Of a DNA stretch of 64,000 nt, positions 30,005-40,359 are shown in pieces. The position numbers and the translations under genes were made by a program. Position 1 is the stretch's first letter, and each line of letters opens with the position of its first letter. The notes beneath the pieces were generated by a model. That model had not been told where the DNA came from. It worked only from the letters and a program-made list of their open reading frames with translations, and did no database searches. The stretch is from assembly GCA_963701185.1 (NCBI GenBank), contig OY969569.1, positions 383,054 through 447,053 on the forward strand. The letters are read 5' to 3'. Origin of the DNA: Candidatus Gottesmanbacteria bacterium. GTDB taxonomy: Bacteria > Patescibacteriota > Microgenomatia > UBA10105 > UBA927.

Positions 30005-31113
30005 AGATGAATTCATTTTGGCATCATGCGGCAGCTCACCCGCCCGCTACATACATTCCAAATCAAGGCGTCATTGTCCGTCATAATTTTGCTGCCCTGG
30101 AAAACGATTTTGGTAGCAGTCCGGTCATCGACAAAGCGATTCGGACATTACGGAATGCGCAACTGAATCACTACCCGGATCGCAATGCCGTCACTCTGAA
30201 AACAAAAATTGCGTCATGGCTGGATCTCACGCCCGACATGGTGGAGCTGGGCAACGGCAGCGATGAACTCATCTCGCTTATTGCTCAGATTGCCGTTGAA
30301 CCCGGAAAATCCGTCATTGTTCAGACGCCGACATTCTTTCGGATCATTGAGGCAGTGAACAAAATGAAGGGGGCCGTCGTCCCGGTGGCCGCTCAAAAAG
30401 ATAGCGGCTTTGCTCTTGACGAACAATTTGTCGACGGTCTTATGACGGCCGCCAAAAAAAACCGCGCCGCCCTTATATGGCTGTGTACGCCCAATAACCC
30501 GACCGGAGCAGTTATGAATTCGGCCTCTATCGACCGGATAGCTGGCAGTACAAAGGCGTTTGTTGTTGTCGATGAGGCATACCAGGAACTTTGGGATCCG
30601 GAAAATAAAAAATCGGCGGTGAGGCTCATACCAAAACATGACAACCTTATCGTCACGAAAACGTTCTCCAAGGCGTTCGGTTTGGCAGCAATCCGCGTCG
30701 GCGTGATGCTGGGAAATCCGAAGCTTATATCAGCGGTGGACGCTTGGAGGCTGAATTTTCCTTTATCGTCCATATCACTGCGGATTGCAGAGGCGGCGCT
30801 GTCAGATACTGATCATCTGATCCGAATACGCAATAAGGTTTCGCGTGAACGGAATATGCTTTTTCGCCATATAGCAAAGCTGCCGATGCTGGAACTGGGA
30901 GCCGAATCAAAAACAAACGTATTTCTTTTGCGTCACAAAACAGACGACCTGCATGCATTGCTTTTAAAACAAGGCATGATGACCGCCGATTTTAACCGAA
31001 TGAACGGCCTGGAACATATGCGTTTTGTACGCATTACGGTGAAACGCCGGAAAGAAAATCTTATGTTAATGAAAGCGCTTACGGCATCGTGCGGAAAGGA
31101 AACATCTTTATGA
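30001..31113 (+). CDS. HisC-like PLP aminotransferase (probable aromatic aminotransferase)
   Basis: GNGSDELI, PNNPTG, VDEAY, TFSKAFGLAAIRVG. Confidence 0.85.
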   Translation: MKMNSFWHHAAAHPPATYIPNQGVIVRHNFAALENDFGSSPVIDKAIRTLRNAQLNHYPDRNAVTLKTKIASWLDLTPDMVELGNGSDELISLIAQIAVEPGKSVIVQTPTFFRIIEAVNKMKGAVVPVAAQKDSGFALDEQFVDGLMTAAKKNRAALIWLCTPNNPTGAVMNSASIDRIAGSTKAFVVVDEAYQELWDPENKKSAVRLIPKHDNLIVTKTFSKAFGLAAIRVGVMLGNPKLISAVDAWRLNFPLSSISLRIAEAALSDTDHLIRIRNKVSRERNMLFRHIAKLPMLELGAESKTNVFLLRHKTDDLHALLLKQGMMTADFNRMNGLEHMRFVRITVKRRKENLMLMKALTASCGKETSL

Positions 31114-31733
31114 AAGCTGAATTCATTATTTTCCGACATGGCGAAACCGACTGGAATCGGCAACACCGGTCTATGGGAACAACAGACATTCCTTTAAATG
31201 CGACAGGGAAACAACAGGCAGAGAGACTGGCAGTGCGGCTGGCGCAAGAACACATTAGCGCATGTTACACGTCACCGCTTGCCCGCGCGAAAGAAACCAT
31301 GTGTTTAGTAGCGAGGTACCATCATCTCCCCGTTTGGATACTTGAGGATCTCAGGGAAATGGACCTTGGCCAGTTTGAGGGGAAATTGAAAGCAGAGCGA
31401 ACACTATTATTCCCCGGGTTTGACCCCGGCAACGATGAACATAGGGAGCTCTTACACATGGACACATTTTCCCTTTGGATACCGAGGTTAAAAAATGAAA
31501 TCGTAGCCGGATTATTACAAAGACATGATGGGCAGACAATCGCCATTTCGACGCATGATCAAAAAATGCGTGCACTGCTCATCGCTCTCGGTATGCCGGA
31601 GGAAACCAAGCGGACAGTTTTAAAAAACAGTGCGGTGACGAAAGTTTCTCTGGAAAACGACGCGATGACGGTTATGTATCACAATGATACTTCTCACTTG
31701 GAGAATATAAACATTGAGAAACAAACACTATGA
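31110..31733 (+). CDS. histidine phosphatase (phosphoglycerate mutase-like) family protein
   Basis: RHGET.WN, SPL.RA.ET, LRE. Confidence 0.88.
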   Translation: MKAEFIIFRHGETDWNRQHRSMGTTDIPLNATGKQQAERLAVRLAQEHISACYTSPLARAKETMCLVARYHHLPVWILEDLREMDLGQFEGKLKAERTLLFPGFDPGNDEHRELLHMDTFSLWIPRLKNEIVAGLLQRHDGQTIAISTHDQKMRALLIALGMPEETKRTVLKNSAVTKVSLENDAMTVMYHNDTSHLENINIEKQTL

Positions 31734-33520
31734 ACATTATTACCTTACAACCATTACCCAAGCCTGTCCGGACTACCGTCTCCGTGCCGGGTTCCAAAAG
31801 CATGACGAACCGTGCACTTGTGATCGCGGCTCTTACGCACGGCACCGTGGTTATTCACCATCCGCTCGTTTCCGATGACACACATGCCATGACATCATGT
31901 TTGTCTGCACTTGGAATTCCAGTCGAAAAAAAGAAAGACAAATGGATTGTGAGCGGAGGGTTGAATCAAGTTACATCGCTAACAAGGACTCTGCCTGCGC
32001 GGCTTTCGGGAACAACCATTCGTTTTTTGACAGCACTCGCCTGTATCGTACCAGGGGTTACCACCCTTTCGGGTGAACCGGGTCTCAACGCGCGGCCAAT
32101 TAGGGAACTGGTTTCGGCATTGCAAAAACGTGGTGCCGGCATCGAGTATCTGCGAAAAACCGGGTTTCCGCCGATTCGCGTCCGGCAGTCACAAATAAAA
32201 TCCGGGGTTATTACTATTTCAGGAACGACAAGCAGTCAGTTTATTTCAGCACTCCTGATGATACTTCCGATGCTTGAGCGATCAACGGTTTCCGTGAGGG
32301 GAAAAACGGTTTCCCGTTCATACATAGATATGACGATTGCACTCATGGCTGCGTGCGGCGTAGCTGTTTGCGAAACCAAACCCAATCATTTTGAAATATT
32401 GCACGGATGCTATACATGCAGGGATATAGAAATAGAAAGCGATGTTTCCAGCGCGTGTTATGTTGCGGCAATCGCAGCACTCACGCAGTCGACGATAACC
32501 ATACGGGGGATGCGTGCCGGCTCAGTCCAGCCGGATATGCAGTTTCTTTCAATTCTTTCTAAAATGGGAAGCCGTGTGTTATGGAAAAGCGATGCGATGA
32601 CCATTCAGGGTAAGGGTGTACGTCCGTTGTCCGTCGACATGAGCGCCTGCCCGGACCAGATACAAACACTTGCGGTGCTGGCGGCTTTTGCCCAGGGGAA
32701 CACCATCATCGAAGGCATTGGAACTTTGCGTGTCAAAGAAACAAACCGCGTTCGTGCATTGCAGACGGAATTAGCGCGGATGGGGATACGAACATCGGCC
32801 ACGAAAAACGTGCTAACGATTTTTGGCGGCCGGCCGCAGCCGGCACGTATACGTACGCACGGCGACCATCGGATGGCCATGGCCTTCGCGGTTGCCGGTG
32901 CAAAAATATCGGGAATGCAGATAGAAAATCCGGACGTCGTCAATAAAACATTTCCGGAGTTCTGGATGTGTATGCGCGATATCGGCATAACGATGGAAAA
33001 ACCGTCAAACATCGTCCTTATCGGATTTATGGGTTCCGGCAAAAGCAGTGTCGCTCCACGTCTTTCTCGGGCGCTCGGTTGGAAAGTCGTTGATATGGAT
33101 GCGCTCGTGCTGTTACGATCAAAACGGGCTTCAATTCAGGAAATTTTTGCTAAAGACGGGGAAAAAGCCTTCCGCCGTCTTGAAGAAACCGTTGCACAAT
33201 CACTGGTGTTAAAAAGTCATCAGGTTATTGCCGCGGGAGGCGGAGTTGTTATGAACGAAAAAACTTTGATGCATTTACAAAATAATGCGACTATCATTTT
33301 TCTAAAAACGTCATTGCCGGTGATAAAAGCACGCTTACGTATTGCAATGGATCGCCCGCTGTGGAACGATAAGCGGAAAGCACGCGACTTATTTATCACT
33401 CGCGCTCCGCTCTATCGTAAAAGCGCAGATATAACAATCACTACCGACAACAAATCCCTATCGGCCATAACGGCAGAAATTATTTTAGAAACAATTTTTC
33501 GTACGATAGAAAGGAAATAA
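31730..33520 (+). CDS. aroA: EPSP synthase-shikimate kinase fusion (AroA-AroK)
   Basis: PGSKS, SSQF, RVKETNR and DHRMAM, then [20 protein letters not shown] and RPL. Confidence 0.92.
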   Translation: MNIITLQPLPKPVRTTVSVPGSKSMTNRALVIAALTHGTVVIHHPLVSDDTHAMTSCLSALGIPVEKKKDKWIVSGGLNQVTSLTRTLPARLSGTTIRFLTALACIVPGVTTLSGEPGLNARPIRELVSALQKRGAGIEYLRKTGFPPIRVRQSQIKSGVITISGTTSSQFISALLMILPMLERSTVSVRGKTVSRSYIDMTIALMAACGVAVCETKPNHFEILHGCYTCRDIEIESDVSSACYVAAIAALTQSTITIRGMRAGSVQPDMQFLSILSKMGSRVLWKSDAMTIQGKGVRPLSVDMSACPDQIQTLAVLAAFAQGNTIIEGIGTLRVKETNRVRALQTELARMGIRTSATKNVLTIFGGRPQPARIRTHGDHRMAMAFAVAGAKISGMQIENPDVVNKTFPEFWMCMRDIGITMEKPSNIVLIGFMGSGKSSVAPRLSRALGWKVVDMDALVLLRSKRASIQEIFAKDGEKAFRRLEETVAQSLVLKSHQVIAAGGGVVMNEKTLMHLQNNATIIFLKTSLPVIKARLRIAMDRPLWNDKRKARDLFITRAPLYRKSADITITTDNKSLSAITAEIILETIFRTIERK

Positions 33521-33522
33521 CT

Positions 33523-34608
33523 ATGGCAGGAAATACATTTGGGCAACTATTTCGCATTACAACCTTCGGGGAATCCCATGGAGGCGCTGTCGGCGTGGTT
33601 ATCGACGGGTGCCCGCCCGGTCTTGCCATATCCGAAGCTGACATTCAAAAAGAACTGGACCGCCGCAAGCCCGGGCAAAGCCACATTACGTCGCCGCGCA
33701 AAGAAGCGGATATCATCCATATACTTTCGGGTATGTTCGGCGGGAAAACTACCGGAATGCCGATTCTTATGCTGGCATACAACAAGGATGCCAAACCAGA
33801 AGATTATGAATGTATCAAAGACGTGTACCGGCCGGGGCATGCGGACTTCACATTCCATAAAAAGTACGGTATTCGGGACTGGCGGGGATCAGGACGGGCT
33901 TCCGCGCGGGAAACGCTCGGGCGGGTCGCTGCGGGCGCTCTTGCAAAGAAGTTCCTTAAGGAAAAACTCTGTATAGAAATACTAAGCTTCGTGGAACAGA
34001 TTGCTGATATAAAAACAGCGATTGATTTCAACACGGTGACACCTGCGGCAATCGAATCCAACGTCGTCCGCTGTCCCGATCCGTTTGTCGCGGAAAAAAT
34101 GATTGCGCATATTGAATCCGTCCGTAAGGCAGGAGATTCTGTCGGAGGAATCATCCGCGGCGTGATCAAAAATGTGCCCGAGGGTCTCGGAGAACCGGTG
34201 TTTGACAAATTGCCGGCCGATTTGGGAAAAGCCATGTTAAGTATCAATGCGGTCAAAGGATTCGAAATAGGATCCGGCTTTGCGGGAGCCGCACGTTCCG
34301 GCAGCAAGCATAACGATGAGTTTTTCAAGGACACAAACGGAGATATCAGAACCAAAACAAATAATGCAGGAGGAACGCTGGGCGGCATATCCAACGGTGA
34401 AACGATCTATTTCCGTGTGGCTTTTAAACCGGTTTCAACGATCCGTAAAAAACAGCATACGGTCAATACACATGGGGAAACGGTCGAACTGGAGGCTGCC
34501 GGCAGACATGATCCGTGCGTCCTGCCGCGGGCGGTTCCCATCGTGGATGCTATGGCTGCATTAGTTCTGATGGATCATTATCTGCGGGATAAAGCTCAGT
34601 ATGCCTGA
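33523..34608 (+). CDS. aroC: chorismate synthase
   Basis: GESHG, RPGHAD, SARET, GRHDPC. Confidence 0.96.
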   Translation: MAGNTFGQLFRITTFGESHGGAVGVVIDGCPPGLAISEADIQKELDRRKPGQSHITSPRKEADIIHILSGMFGGKTTGMPILMLAYNKDAKPEDYECIKDVYRPGHADFTFHKKYGIRDWRGSGRASARETLGRVAAGALAKKFLKEKLCIEILSFVEQIADIKTAIDFNTVTPAAIESNVVRCPDPFVAEKMIAHIESVRKAGDSVGGIIRGVIKNVPEGLGEPVFDKLPADLGKAMLSINAVKGFEIGSGFAGAARSGSKHNDEFFKDTNGDIRTKTNNAGGTLGGISNGETIYFRVAFKPVSTIRKKQHTVNTHGETVELEAAGRHDPCVLPRAVPIVDAMAALVLMDHYLRDKAQYA

Positions 34609-34639
34609 TGGAATAAAAATATGCTATAGTGGAGGAAAT

Positions 34640-35827
34640 ATGGATCCCATTGATGAATTATTAACCAGGGGTGTCGAAAATATCATCCCGAACAAGGAAA
34701 AGCTGCGGGCGCGGTTGGCGAGCGGCAAAAAGCTCAATATATATCTCGGGATTGATCCGACGGCCACCAATATCCACATCGGGCACGCGGTGCCGCTTCG
34801 GAAACTCAACGCGTTTGCGAGCTTGGGCCACAACGTGACATTTCTCATCGGCGATTTTACCGCACTCATCGGGGATACCTCGGATAAAGACGCCGAACGC
34901 CCTGTCCTCACGGATGATCAAATCAGAGCAAACTTTGAAACATACAAGGCCCAAGCGGCAAAAGTACTGGATTTTTCTAAAATCAACGTTCGGTTTAATA
35001 GCGAGTGGCTCAAGGATTTACAATTTGCCGATATCGTAAAACTGTGCCAGCATTTTTCCGCCGGAGATTTCGTCGGGCGGGAACTTATTAAAAAACGTCT
35101 CGCTGAAGGCAAAAAGGTGGGACTGCACGAACTTCTCTACCCGGTGATGCAGGGCTATGACAGCTGGTTTATGAATACGGATATCCAACTCGGCGGCACG
35201 GATCAGACGTTTAATATGCAGGCGGGCAGGACGCTCCAAAAAGACTTGCGCAAAAAAGAATCGTTTATCATCGCCAACGGGTTCCTGGAGGGAACCGACG
35301 GACGTAAAATGAGTAAAACCTGGAACAACGCGATATGGCTGACGGACAACCCAAATGAAATGTTTGCGAAAGTCATGTCCCTGCGGGATGAACTCATCGT
35401 GCAGTATTTTACGCTCGCGACCAACGCGACTATGGAAGAAATCGGGTCGGTTGAAAAACGCCTGACGGCAAAAGAAAACCCGATGACCATCAAAATCGAG
35501 CTGGCGCACCGGATGGTGACGGAACTTCACATGAAAGCCGCCGCCGACGCCGCGCAAAAAGACTTCGGCAGTAGATTCCAAAAAGGAGAACTCACCCAGG
35601 CAAAACTCCCGACAATCGCATTAACACCAACATTAGCTTCTGGGGCGACAATTATCGAGGCAATGATAGCAGGAAGTATTATCTCCAGTAAATCTGAGGG
35701 GAGACGATTAGTCGAACAAAAAGCCGTAAAACGCAACAATATACTTGTCACAATACCATCAGAGTTACTCAAGTTTAAGACAGGTGATATAATAAAAGCT
35801 GGAAGGAAAGCAATAAAAATTAAATAA
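34640..35827 (+). CDS. tyrS: tyrosyl-tRNA synthetase
   Basis: GIDPT, HIGH, GGTDQ, KMSK, C-terminal S4 domain; GGAGG RBS before ATG 34640. Confidence 0.96.
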   Translation: MDPIDELLTRGVENIIPNKEKLRARLASGKKLNIYLGIDPTATNIHIGHAVPLRKLNAFASLGHNVTFLIGDFTALIGDTSDKDAERPVLTDDQIRANFETYKAQAAKVLDFSKINVRFNSEWLKDLQFADIVKLCQHFSAGDFVGRELIKKRLAEGKKVGLHELLYPVMQGYDSWFMNTDIQLGGTDQTFNMQAGRTLQKDLRKKESFIIANGFLEGTDGRKMSKTWNNAIWLTDNPNEMFAKVMSLRDELIVQYFTLATNATMEEIGSVEKRLTAKENPMTIKIELAHRMVTELHMKAAADAAQKDFGSRFQKGELTQAKLPTIALTPTLASGATIIEAMIAGSIISSKSEGRRLVEQKAVKRNNILVTIPSELLKFKTGDIIKAGRKAIKIK

Positions 35828-35830
35828 AGG

Positions 35831-35856
35831 CAGATCCCCGCCTTCGCGGGGATGAC
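35831..35856 (-). repeat. GTCATCCCCGCGAAGGCGGGGATC palindrome (dRS3/RPE-like 'VIPAKAGI' element), probable tyrS terminator
   Basis: ATCCCCGC-CTTC-GCGGGGAT hairpin 3 nt after the tyrS stop. Confidence 0.65.
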
Positions 35857-35868
35857 AACTGGAAAAAT

Positions 35869-35973
35869 ATGAACTTTTTTAGGAAACACGAAATGCTTTG
35901 GAAAATCATTATTGTCGTGGCATCGCTGGCGCTTGTTGCCAGCTCCTTTCTTCCGCTTCTTTCACTCCGATAA
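35869..35973 (+). CDS. small single-TM protein (below the ORF-track cutoff)
   Basis: MNFFRKHEMLWKIIIVVASLALVASSFLPLLSLR*. Confidence 0.55.
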   Translation: MNFFRKHEMLWKIIIVVASLALVASSFLPLLSLR

Positions 35974-35984
35974 AATGATAAACG

Positions 35985-36012
35985 TGTTTTAATGTTTTAA
36001 AACATTAAAACA
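35985..36012. repeat. 28-bp perfect AT-rich palindrome, copy 1
   Basis: TGTTTTAATGTTTT|AAAACATTAAAACA. Confidence 0.92.
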
Positions 36013-36053
36013 GAGAAATTAAACCTTGCAGACATTACTGATATAATCACCGT

Positions 36054-37991
36054 ATGGAACTTACGCTTGAAAGCCCGGTCCGGTACGTGCCGCACATCGG
36101 GCCGGTGATGGCAACCAGACTTATTAATCTCGATATTTTTACCGTTCGGGATCTTCTGTACCACGTGCCTTTCCGCTACGACGATTTTTCCGTTGTTCTG
36201 CCGATTTCAGCCGTCCGGCCGGGGGAAACAGTCACCGTCAACGGGACGATCCAAACGATCAAAAATTTCTTTACCAAAACCGGCAAAAAAATACAGGAAG
36301 CAAAAGTGACGGACGCCTCCGGGACGCTGACCGTCATCTGGTTTAACCAGATGTATTTATTGAAAATTCTTCATCCCGGCGACGAACTTCACCTGTCCGG
36401 AAAAATCGACTGGTTCGGAAGTAGAATCGTCATGAGCAATCCTTCGTATGAGCAGGGGACGTCGCTCCATACTGGGCGGCTGGTTCCGGTCTATCCAGAA
36501 ACGGCAGGGGTGTCTTCCAAATGGCTCCGAAGCCGGATCGCTTTCCTTCTGGAAACTATTACTGTTGTCGATTTTCTTCCCGACGCCATCCTGAATGAAT
36601 ATCATTTGATGCCGCTTCCGGATGCTGTTTCCGCGGTCCATTTTCCCGACAATAAAGAGGATATCGAGCGCGGCCGGCACCGGATCGCATTTGATGAAGT
36701 CTTTCTATTACAACTTCGAGCGTATGAACAGAAACGCGTATGGAAGGAAACACAAAAAGCAAAAATCATTACTCCTGTCAACATTCCCACCATTCCTTTT
36801 ATGTTAACCCGTGATCAGAATCGCGCGATCGCGGAAATTCTTGGTGACCTCAAACAACCCATCCCGATGAACCGCATACTCGTCGGCGACGTGGGAAGCG
36901 GGAAAACCGTTGTCGCGGCAACTGCCATGTATGCCGCGTATAAAAGCAAACTGATGTCGCTTCTTATGGCCCCGACACAAATTTTGGCCGAGCAGCACTT
37001 TCAAACCATTTCGCAGCTGCTTTCGCCGTACGGTATTCGGGTTGGACTTGTGACCGGAAACACAAAAACCGAGGGCGATATTCTCGTGGGCACGCATGCG
37101 CTCCTCACACACCCATACAAAAATGTCGGCCTTGTTGTCATCGACGAACAGCACAGATTTGGGGTTGAACAAAGAGCTCAACTCGTAGGCAGCAAAAAAA
37201 TCACGCCGCATTTTCTTACGATGACGGCAACACCTATACCAAGAACAATCGCAAAGACTTTATTGGGAAATATGGACGTATCCGTTCTGAATGAAATGCC
37301 CAAAGGCCGCCGCACCGTTAAAACCTGGATTGTGCCGCCAACCAAACGGACAGCGGCGTACGATTGGATCAGGAAGCAGCCGGGCCAGGTTTTTATCATC
37401 TGTCCTCTGATTGAAGCATCCGATACACTCACGGAGGTGAAGGCCGTCAAAGAAGAATACGAAAAAATAAAAAAGATTTTTTCGGCTGTTGGCCTCCTGC
37501 ACGGAAGAATGGCCGCCGCGGAAAAAACACGGGTATTGGATAACTTCCGTAAGAAAAAAATCATGGTTCTTGTGGCAACTCCCGTCGTTGAAGTCGGCAT
37601 TGATATTCCCAATGCAACCATCATGGTTATCGAAGGAGCTGACCGGTTCGGGCTGGGACAGCTGCATCAACTCCGCGGCCGCGTGGGGCGGGGGGACCAG
37701 CAATCCTATTGTTTACTCTTTACCCAAACAGATGACGAAAAAACGCTTATCCGCCTCAAATCCCTCGAAACGATTCACAACGGACCGGATCTGGCCGACG
37801 TGGATTTGAAGCTACGGGGCCCGGGTGAAGTCTTCGGTACCCGGCAACACGGCATGCCGCACTTTAAGATTGCCTCCTTCACCGATATGGCGACCATGAA
37901 TGAAGCGCAGGAGGTACTTCATCATCTGCCACCTGCCCTCTTGAGGACGCTCGCCAAAACAGCTATAATAGACAATGTCAGTAAAGACTAA
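36054..37991 (+). CDS. recG: ATP-dependent DNA helicase RecG
   Basis: GDVGSGKT, DEQH, TATPIPRT, QLRGRVGRG, RGPGE. Confidence 0.96.
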   Translation: MELTLESPVRYVPHIGPVMATRLINLDIFTVRDLLYHVPFRYDDFSVVLPISAVRPGETVTVNGTIQTIKNFFTKTGKKIQEAKVTDASGTLTVIWFNQMYLLKILHPGDELHLSGKIDWFGSRIVMSNPSYEQGTSLHTGRLVPVYPETAGVSSKWLRSRIAFLLETITVVDFLPDAILNEYHLMPLPDAVSAVHFPDNKEDIERGRHRIAFDEVFLLQLRAYEQKRVWKETQKAKIITPVNIPTIPFMLTRDQNRAIAEILGDLKQPIPMNRILVGDVGSGKTVVAATAMYAAYKSKLMSLLMAPTQILAEQHFQTISQLLSPYGIRVGLVTGNTKTEGDILVGTHALLTHPYKNVGLVVIDEQHRFGVEQRAQLVGSKKITPHFLTMTATPIPRTIAKTLLGNMDVSVLNEMPKGRRTVKTWIVPPTKRTAAYDWIRKQPGQVFIICPLIEASDTLTEVKAVKEEYEKIKKIFSAVGLLHGRMAAAEKTRVLDNFRKKKIMVLVATPVVEVGIDIPNATIMVIEGADRFGLGQLHQLRGRVGRGDQQSYCLLFTQTDDEKTLIRLKSLETIHNGPDLADVDLKLRGPGEVFGTRQHGMPHFKIASFTDMATMNEAQEVLHHLPPALLRTLAKTAIIDNVSKD

Positions 37992-37994
37992 TAT

Positions 37995-38195
37995 ATGGCT
38001 CCATTACCCAAAAGACGGCATAGTACACGCCGCGGCGGCAAACGACAGGCCGCGATTAAACTCGGATTACCGAAAATTATGGTGTGTCCCAATTGCGGAA
38101 AACCCAGGCTCCCGCACCGGGCCTGCGGCACCTGCGGGTATTACGGCGGGAAAGAAGTGGTGAAACAAAGGATAGTAAAAGCAAAAAAAGCGTGA
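37995..38195 (+). CDS. rpmF: 50S ribosomal protein L32
   Basis: PKRRHS..R, CPNCG...HRAC..CGYY. Confidence 0.95.
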   Translation: MAPLPKRRHSTRRGGKRQAAIKLGLPKIMVCPNCGKPRLPHRACGTCGYYGGKEVVKQRIVKAKKA

Positions 38196-38545
38196 AGACT
38201 TCCAACGACCCCAGACACCAACATAGGCGGCAGATGATGGACAGCCTGTTTGCGTTTAGCTTTGACAATAAGCAGGTCGCACCGGATATACAGCACATCC
38301 TGCCGGCATTGCCTGCTATTGATGAACGGATCGCGAGTGCGGCTCCGGAATGGCCTGTTGATAAAATCGCAAAAATAGATTTGGCGGTGTTGCGGCTTGC
38401 CGTATATGAGCTCACTGTTGAAAAAAAGGAACCTCCGAAAGTCATCATCGATGAGGCGATTGAACTTGCCAAAGAATACGGCAATGAAAATAGCTCAAAA
38501 TTCGTCAACGGCGTTTTAGGAAATATTTTAAAATCACTTTCATGA
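38192..38545 (+). CDS. nusB: transcription antitermination factor NusB
   Basis: IDLAVLRLAVYEL, VIIDEAIELAK, FVNGVLG; GTG start at 38192. Confidence 0.92.
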   Translation: MKTSNDPRHQHRRQMMDSLFAFSFDNKQVAPDIQHILPALPAIDERIASAAPEWPVDKIAKIDLAVLRLAVYELTVEKKEPPKVIIDEAIELAKEYGNENSSKFVNGVLGNILKSLS

Positions 38546-39228
38546 CATTTGAAGATTTACAAAAAAATATTCATGTTACGTTTAAAAATCCGGAGCTTTT
38601 GAAGCTCGCATTCATCCACCGCTCGTCCCTCAACGAGGCAAAGCATCTCCATACATCCAATGAACGTCTGGAATTTTTGGGTGACGCGGTCCTGTCGCTT
38701 TTAACGTCGCATTTTCTCTACAGCGCATATCCGGAATATCCGGAAGGAACACTCACCAATATCCGCTCCAGCCTGGTCAAAACCACGAGTTTGAGTGATA
38801 TTTCAAAATCGTTGGGACTGGGAGAACTCCTTTTCTTAAGCCACGGCGAAGAATCCTCAGGGGGACGAACCAACCAGTCGCTCCTTGCGGACGTATTTGA
38901 AGCGCTTTTGGGCGCGATCTATCTGGATCAGGGGATAGAAACTGCCGGAAAATTTTTGGAGAAATTCCTCTTTCCCACGGCTGAAGGCATTATCGCCACG
39001 AAATCGTATATCGATTATAAGAGTTTACTTCAGGAGCTTATCCAGGAGAACTCGCGGATCGCGCCGTCGTACCACGTCGTCAGAAGCGAAGGCCCTGACC
39101 ACGCACGGATGTTTTGGGTAGAGGCGAGAGCGGCTGAGCGAGTACTGGGAGCCGGATCCGGTAAATCAAAACAGGAAGCGGAGCAGAGGGCCGCCCTTGT
39201 CGCTCTTGAGAAGATGGGTAAAATCTGA
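38542..39228 (+). CDS. rnc: ribonuclease III
   Basis: NERLEFLGDAVL, ADVFEA, dsRBD. Confidence 0.96.
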   Translation: MTFEDLQKNIHVTFKNPELLKLAFIHRSSLNEAKHLHTSNERLEFLGDAVLSLLTSHFLYSAYPEYPEGTLTNIRSSLVKTTSLSDISKSLGLGELLFLSHGEESSGGRTNQSLLADVFEALLGAIYLDQGIETAGKFLEKFLFPTAEGIIATKSYIDYKSLLQELIQENSRIAPSYHVVRSEGPDHARMFWVEARAAERVLGAGSGKSKQEAEQRAALVALEKMGKI

Positions 39229-39240
39229 TATCATGAGAGC

Positions 39241-39471
39241 ATGTTAAAAATCCGACTGACGCAAACAGGCACAACCAACCGCAAAAGCTACCGGGTGATT
39301 GCCATTGAGGAAGGCAAGCGCCGCGACGGGAAAGCAATCGAAAATCTGGGATATTTCAACCCGCTGGTGAAGCCGCCTCAGATTGTCATCGACCGGGAGC
39401 GTGTCGCGTATTGGGTATCCCACGGCGCCCAGGTAACGCCCGCAGTCGAAAAACTCCTCAAAGGGTCCTAA
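39241..39471 (+). CDS. rpsP: 30S ribosomal protein S16
   Basis: MLKIRL...YRVI...RRDG..IE.LG. Confidence 0.95.
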   Translation: MLKIRLTQTGTTNRKSYRVIAIEEGKRRDGKAIENLGYFNPLVKPPQIVIDRERVAYWVSHGAQVTPAVEKLLKGS

Positions 39472-39472
39472 C

Positions 39473-39703
39473 ATGAAAGATACGCTCTCATTCATCCTCA
39501 CCCGCATTGTTGACCACCCCGATGACATTGTTATCGATGAAGACGCGACAGAGGACAAAACAACACTGACAATTCACGCACATCAGGAAGATTACGGGAA
39601 AATTATCGGCAAAAGCGGCCGTATTATCCGATCTCTCCGGGATCTTATGAAGCTCATGGCGGCCAAACAGGGAATGTACGTCGACGTTGTACTGGCAGAA
39701 TGA
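39473..39703 (+). CDS. khpA: KH-domain RNA-binding protein (KhpA/YlqC)
   Basis: GKIIGKSGR; synteny with rpsP and trmD. Confidence 0.85.
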   Translation: MKDTLSFILTRIVDHPDDIVIDEDATEDKTTLTIHAHQEDYGKIIGKSGRIIRSLRDLMKLMAAKQGMYVDVVLAE

Positions 39704-40359
39704 AACTATCTATTCTCACCCTCTTCCCCGATATGTTTTCCGGCCCGTTTAATCATTCTATCATCAAGCGGGCAATAGAGAATAAACTCTTGAATATTGA
39801 TTATATTAATATCCGCGACTTTGCTACGGATACATATAAATCCGTGGACGGGCACCCCTACGGCGGGGGAGTAGGGATGATTTTGCGGGTCGACATCGTT
39901 GACCGCGCCCTACGGAGTCTGCCGGAAGGCCGTAAAATTTTGCTTGACGCGGGCGGAACCCCATATACACAGTCAAAAGCGAAAGAATTATCAACAGTCG
40001 ATCATGTTATTCTTATCTGCGGGCACTACGAAGGGGTCGACGAACGCGTCCGAAGTCTTGTTGATGAAGAAATCACGATCGGCGATTATGTGTTAACCGG
40101 CGGGGAAATACCCGCCATGGTGCTGGCAGACAGTATTGTACGATTGATTCCCGGAGTACTGGCAAAGCCGGAAGCGACCGTCCACGAATCGTTTTCCGAA
40201 CCTCTCCTGGAATATCCCCAATATACGGAACCGCAGACATATAACGGATTATCCGTCCCGCAGGTTCTTACGAGCGGCAACCACCAAAAAATCGCCGACT
40301 GGCGCAAGACCGAAGCAGTAAAGCGTACAAAAACCCGCCGCCCGGATCTTATAGGCTAA
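39700..40359 (+). CDS. trmD: tRNA (guanine37-N1)-methyltransferase
   Basis: PYGGG.GM, CGHYEGVDER, IGDYVLTGGE, SGNH. Confidence 0.96.
   Translation: MKLSILTLFPDMFSGPFNHSIIKRAIENKLLNIDYINIRDFATDTYKSVDGHPYGGGVGMILRVDIVDRALRSLPEGRKILLDAGGTPYTQSKAKELSTVDHVILICGHYEGVDERVRSLVDEEITIGDYVLTGGEIPAMVLADSIVRLIPGVLAKPEATVHESFSEPLLEYPQYTEPQTYNGLSVPQVLTSGNHQKIADWRKTEAVKRTKTRRPDLIG

Noticed and set aside
35570-35827. AT-richer 3' end of tyrS as a recombined segment
   Set aside because: Impression only; no breakpoint repeat was seen and composition was not quantified.
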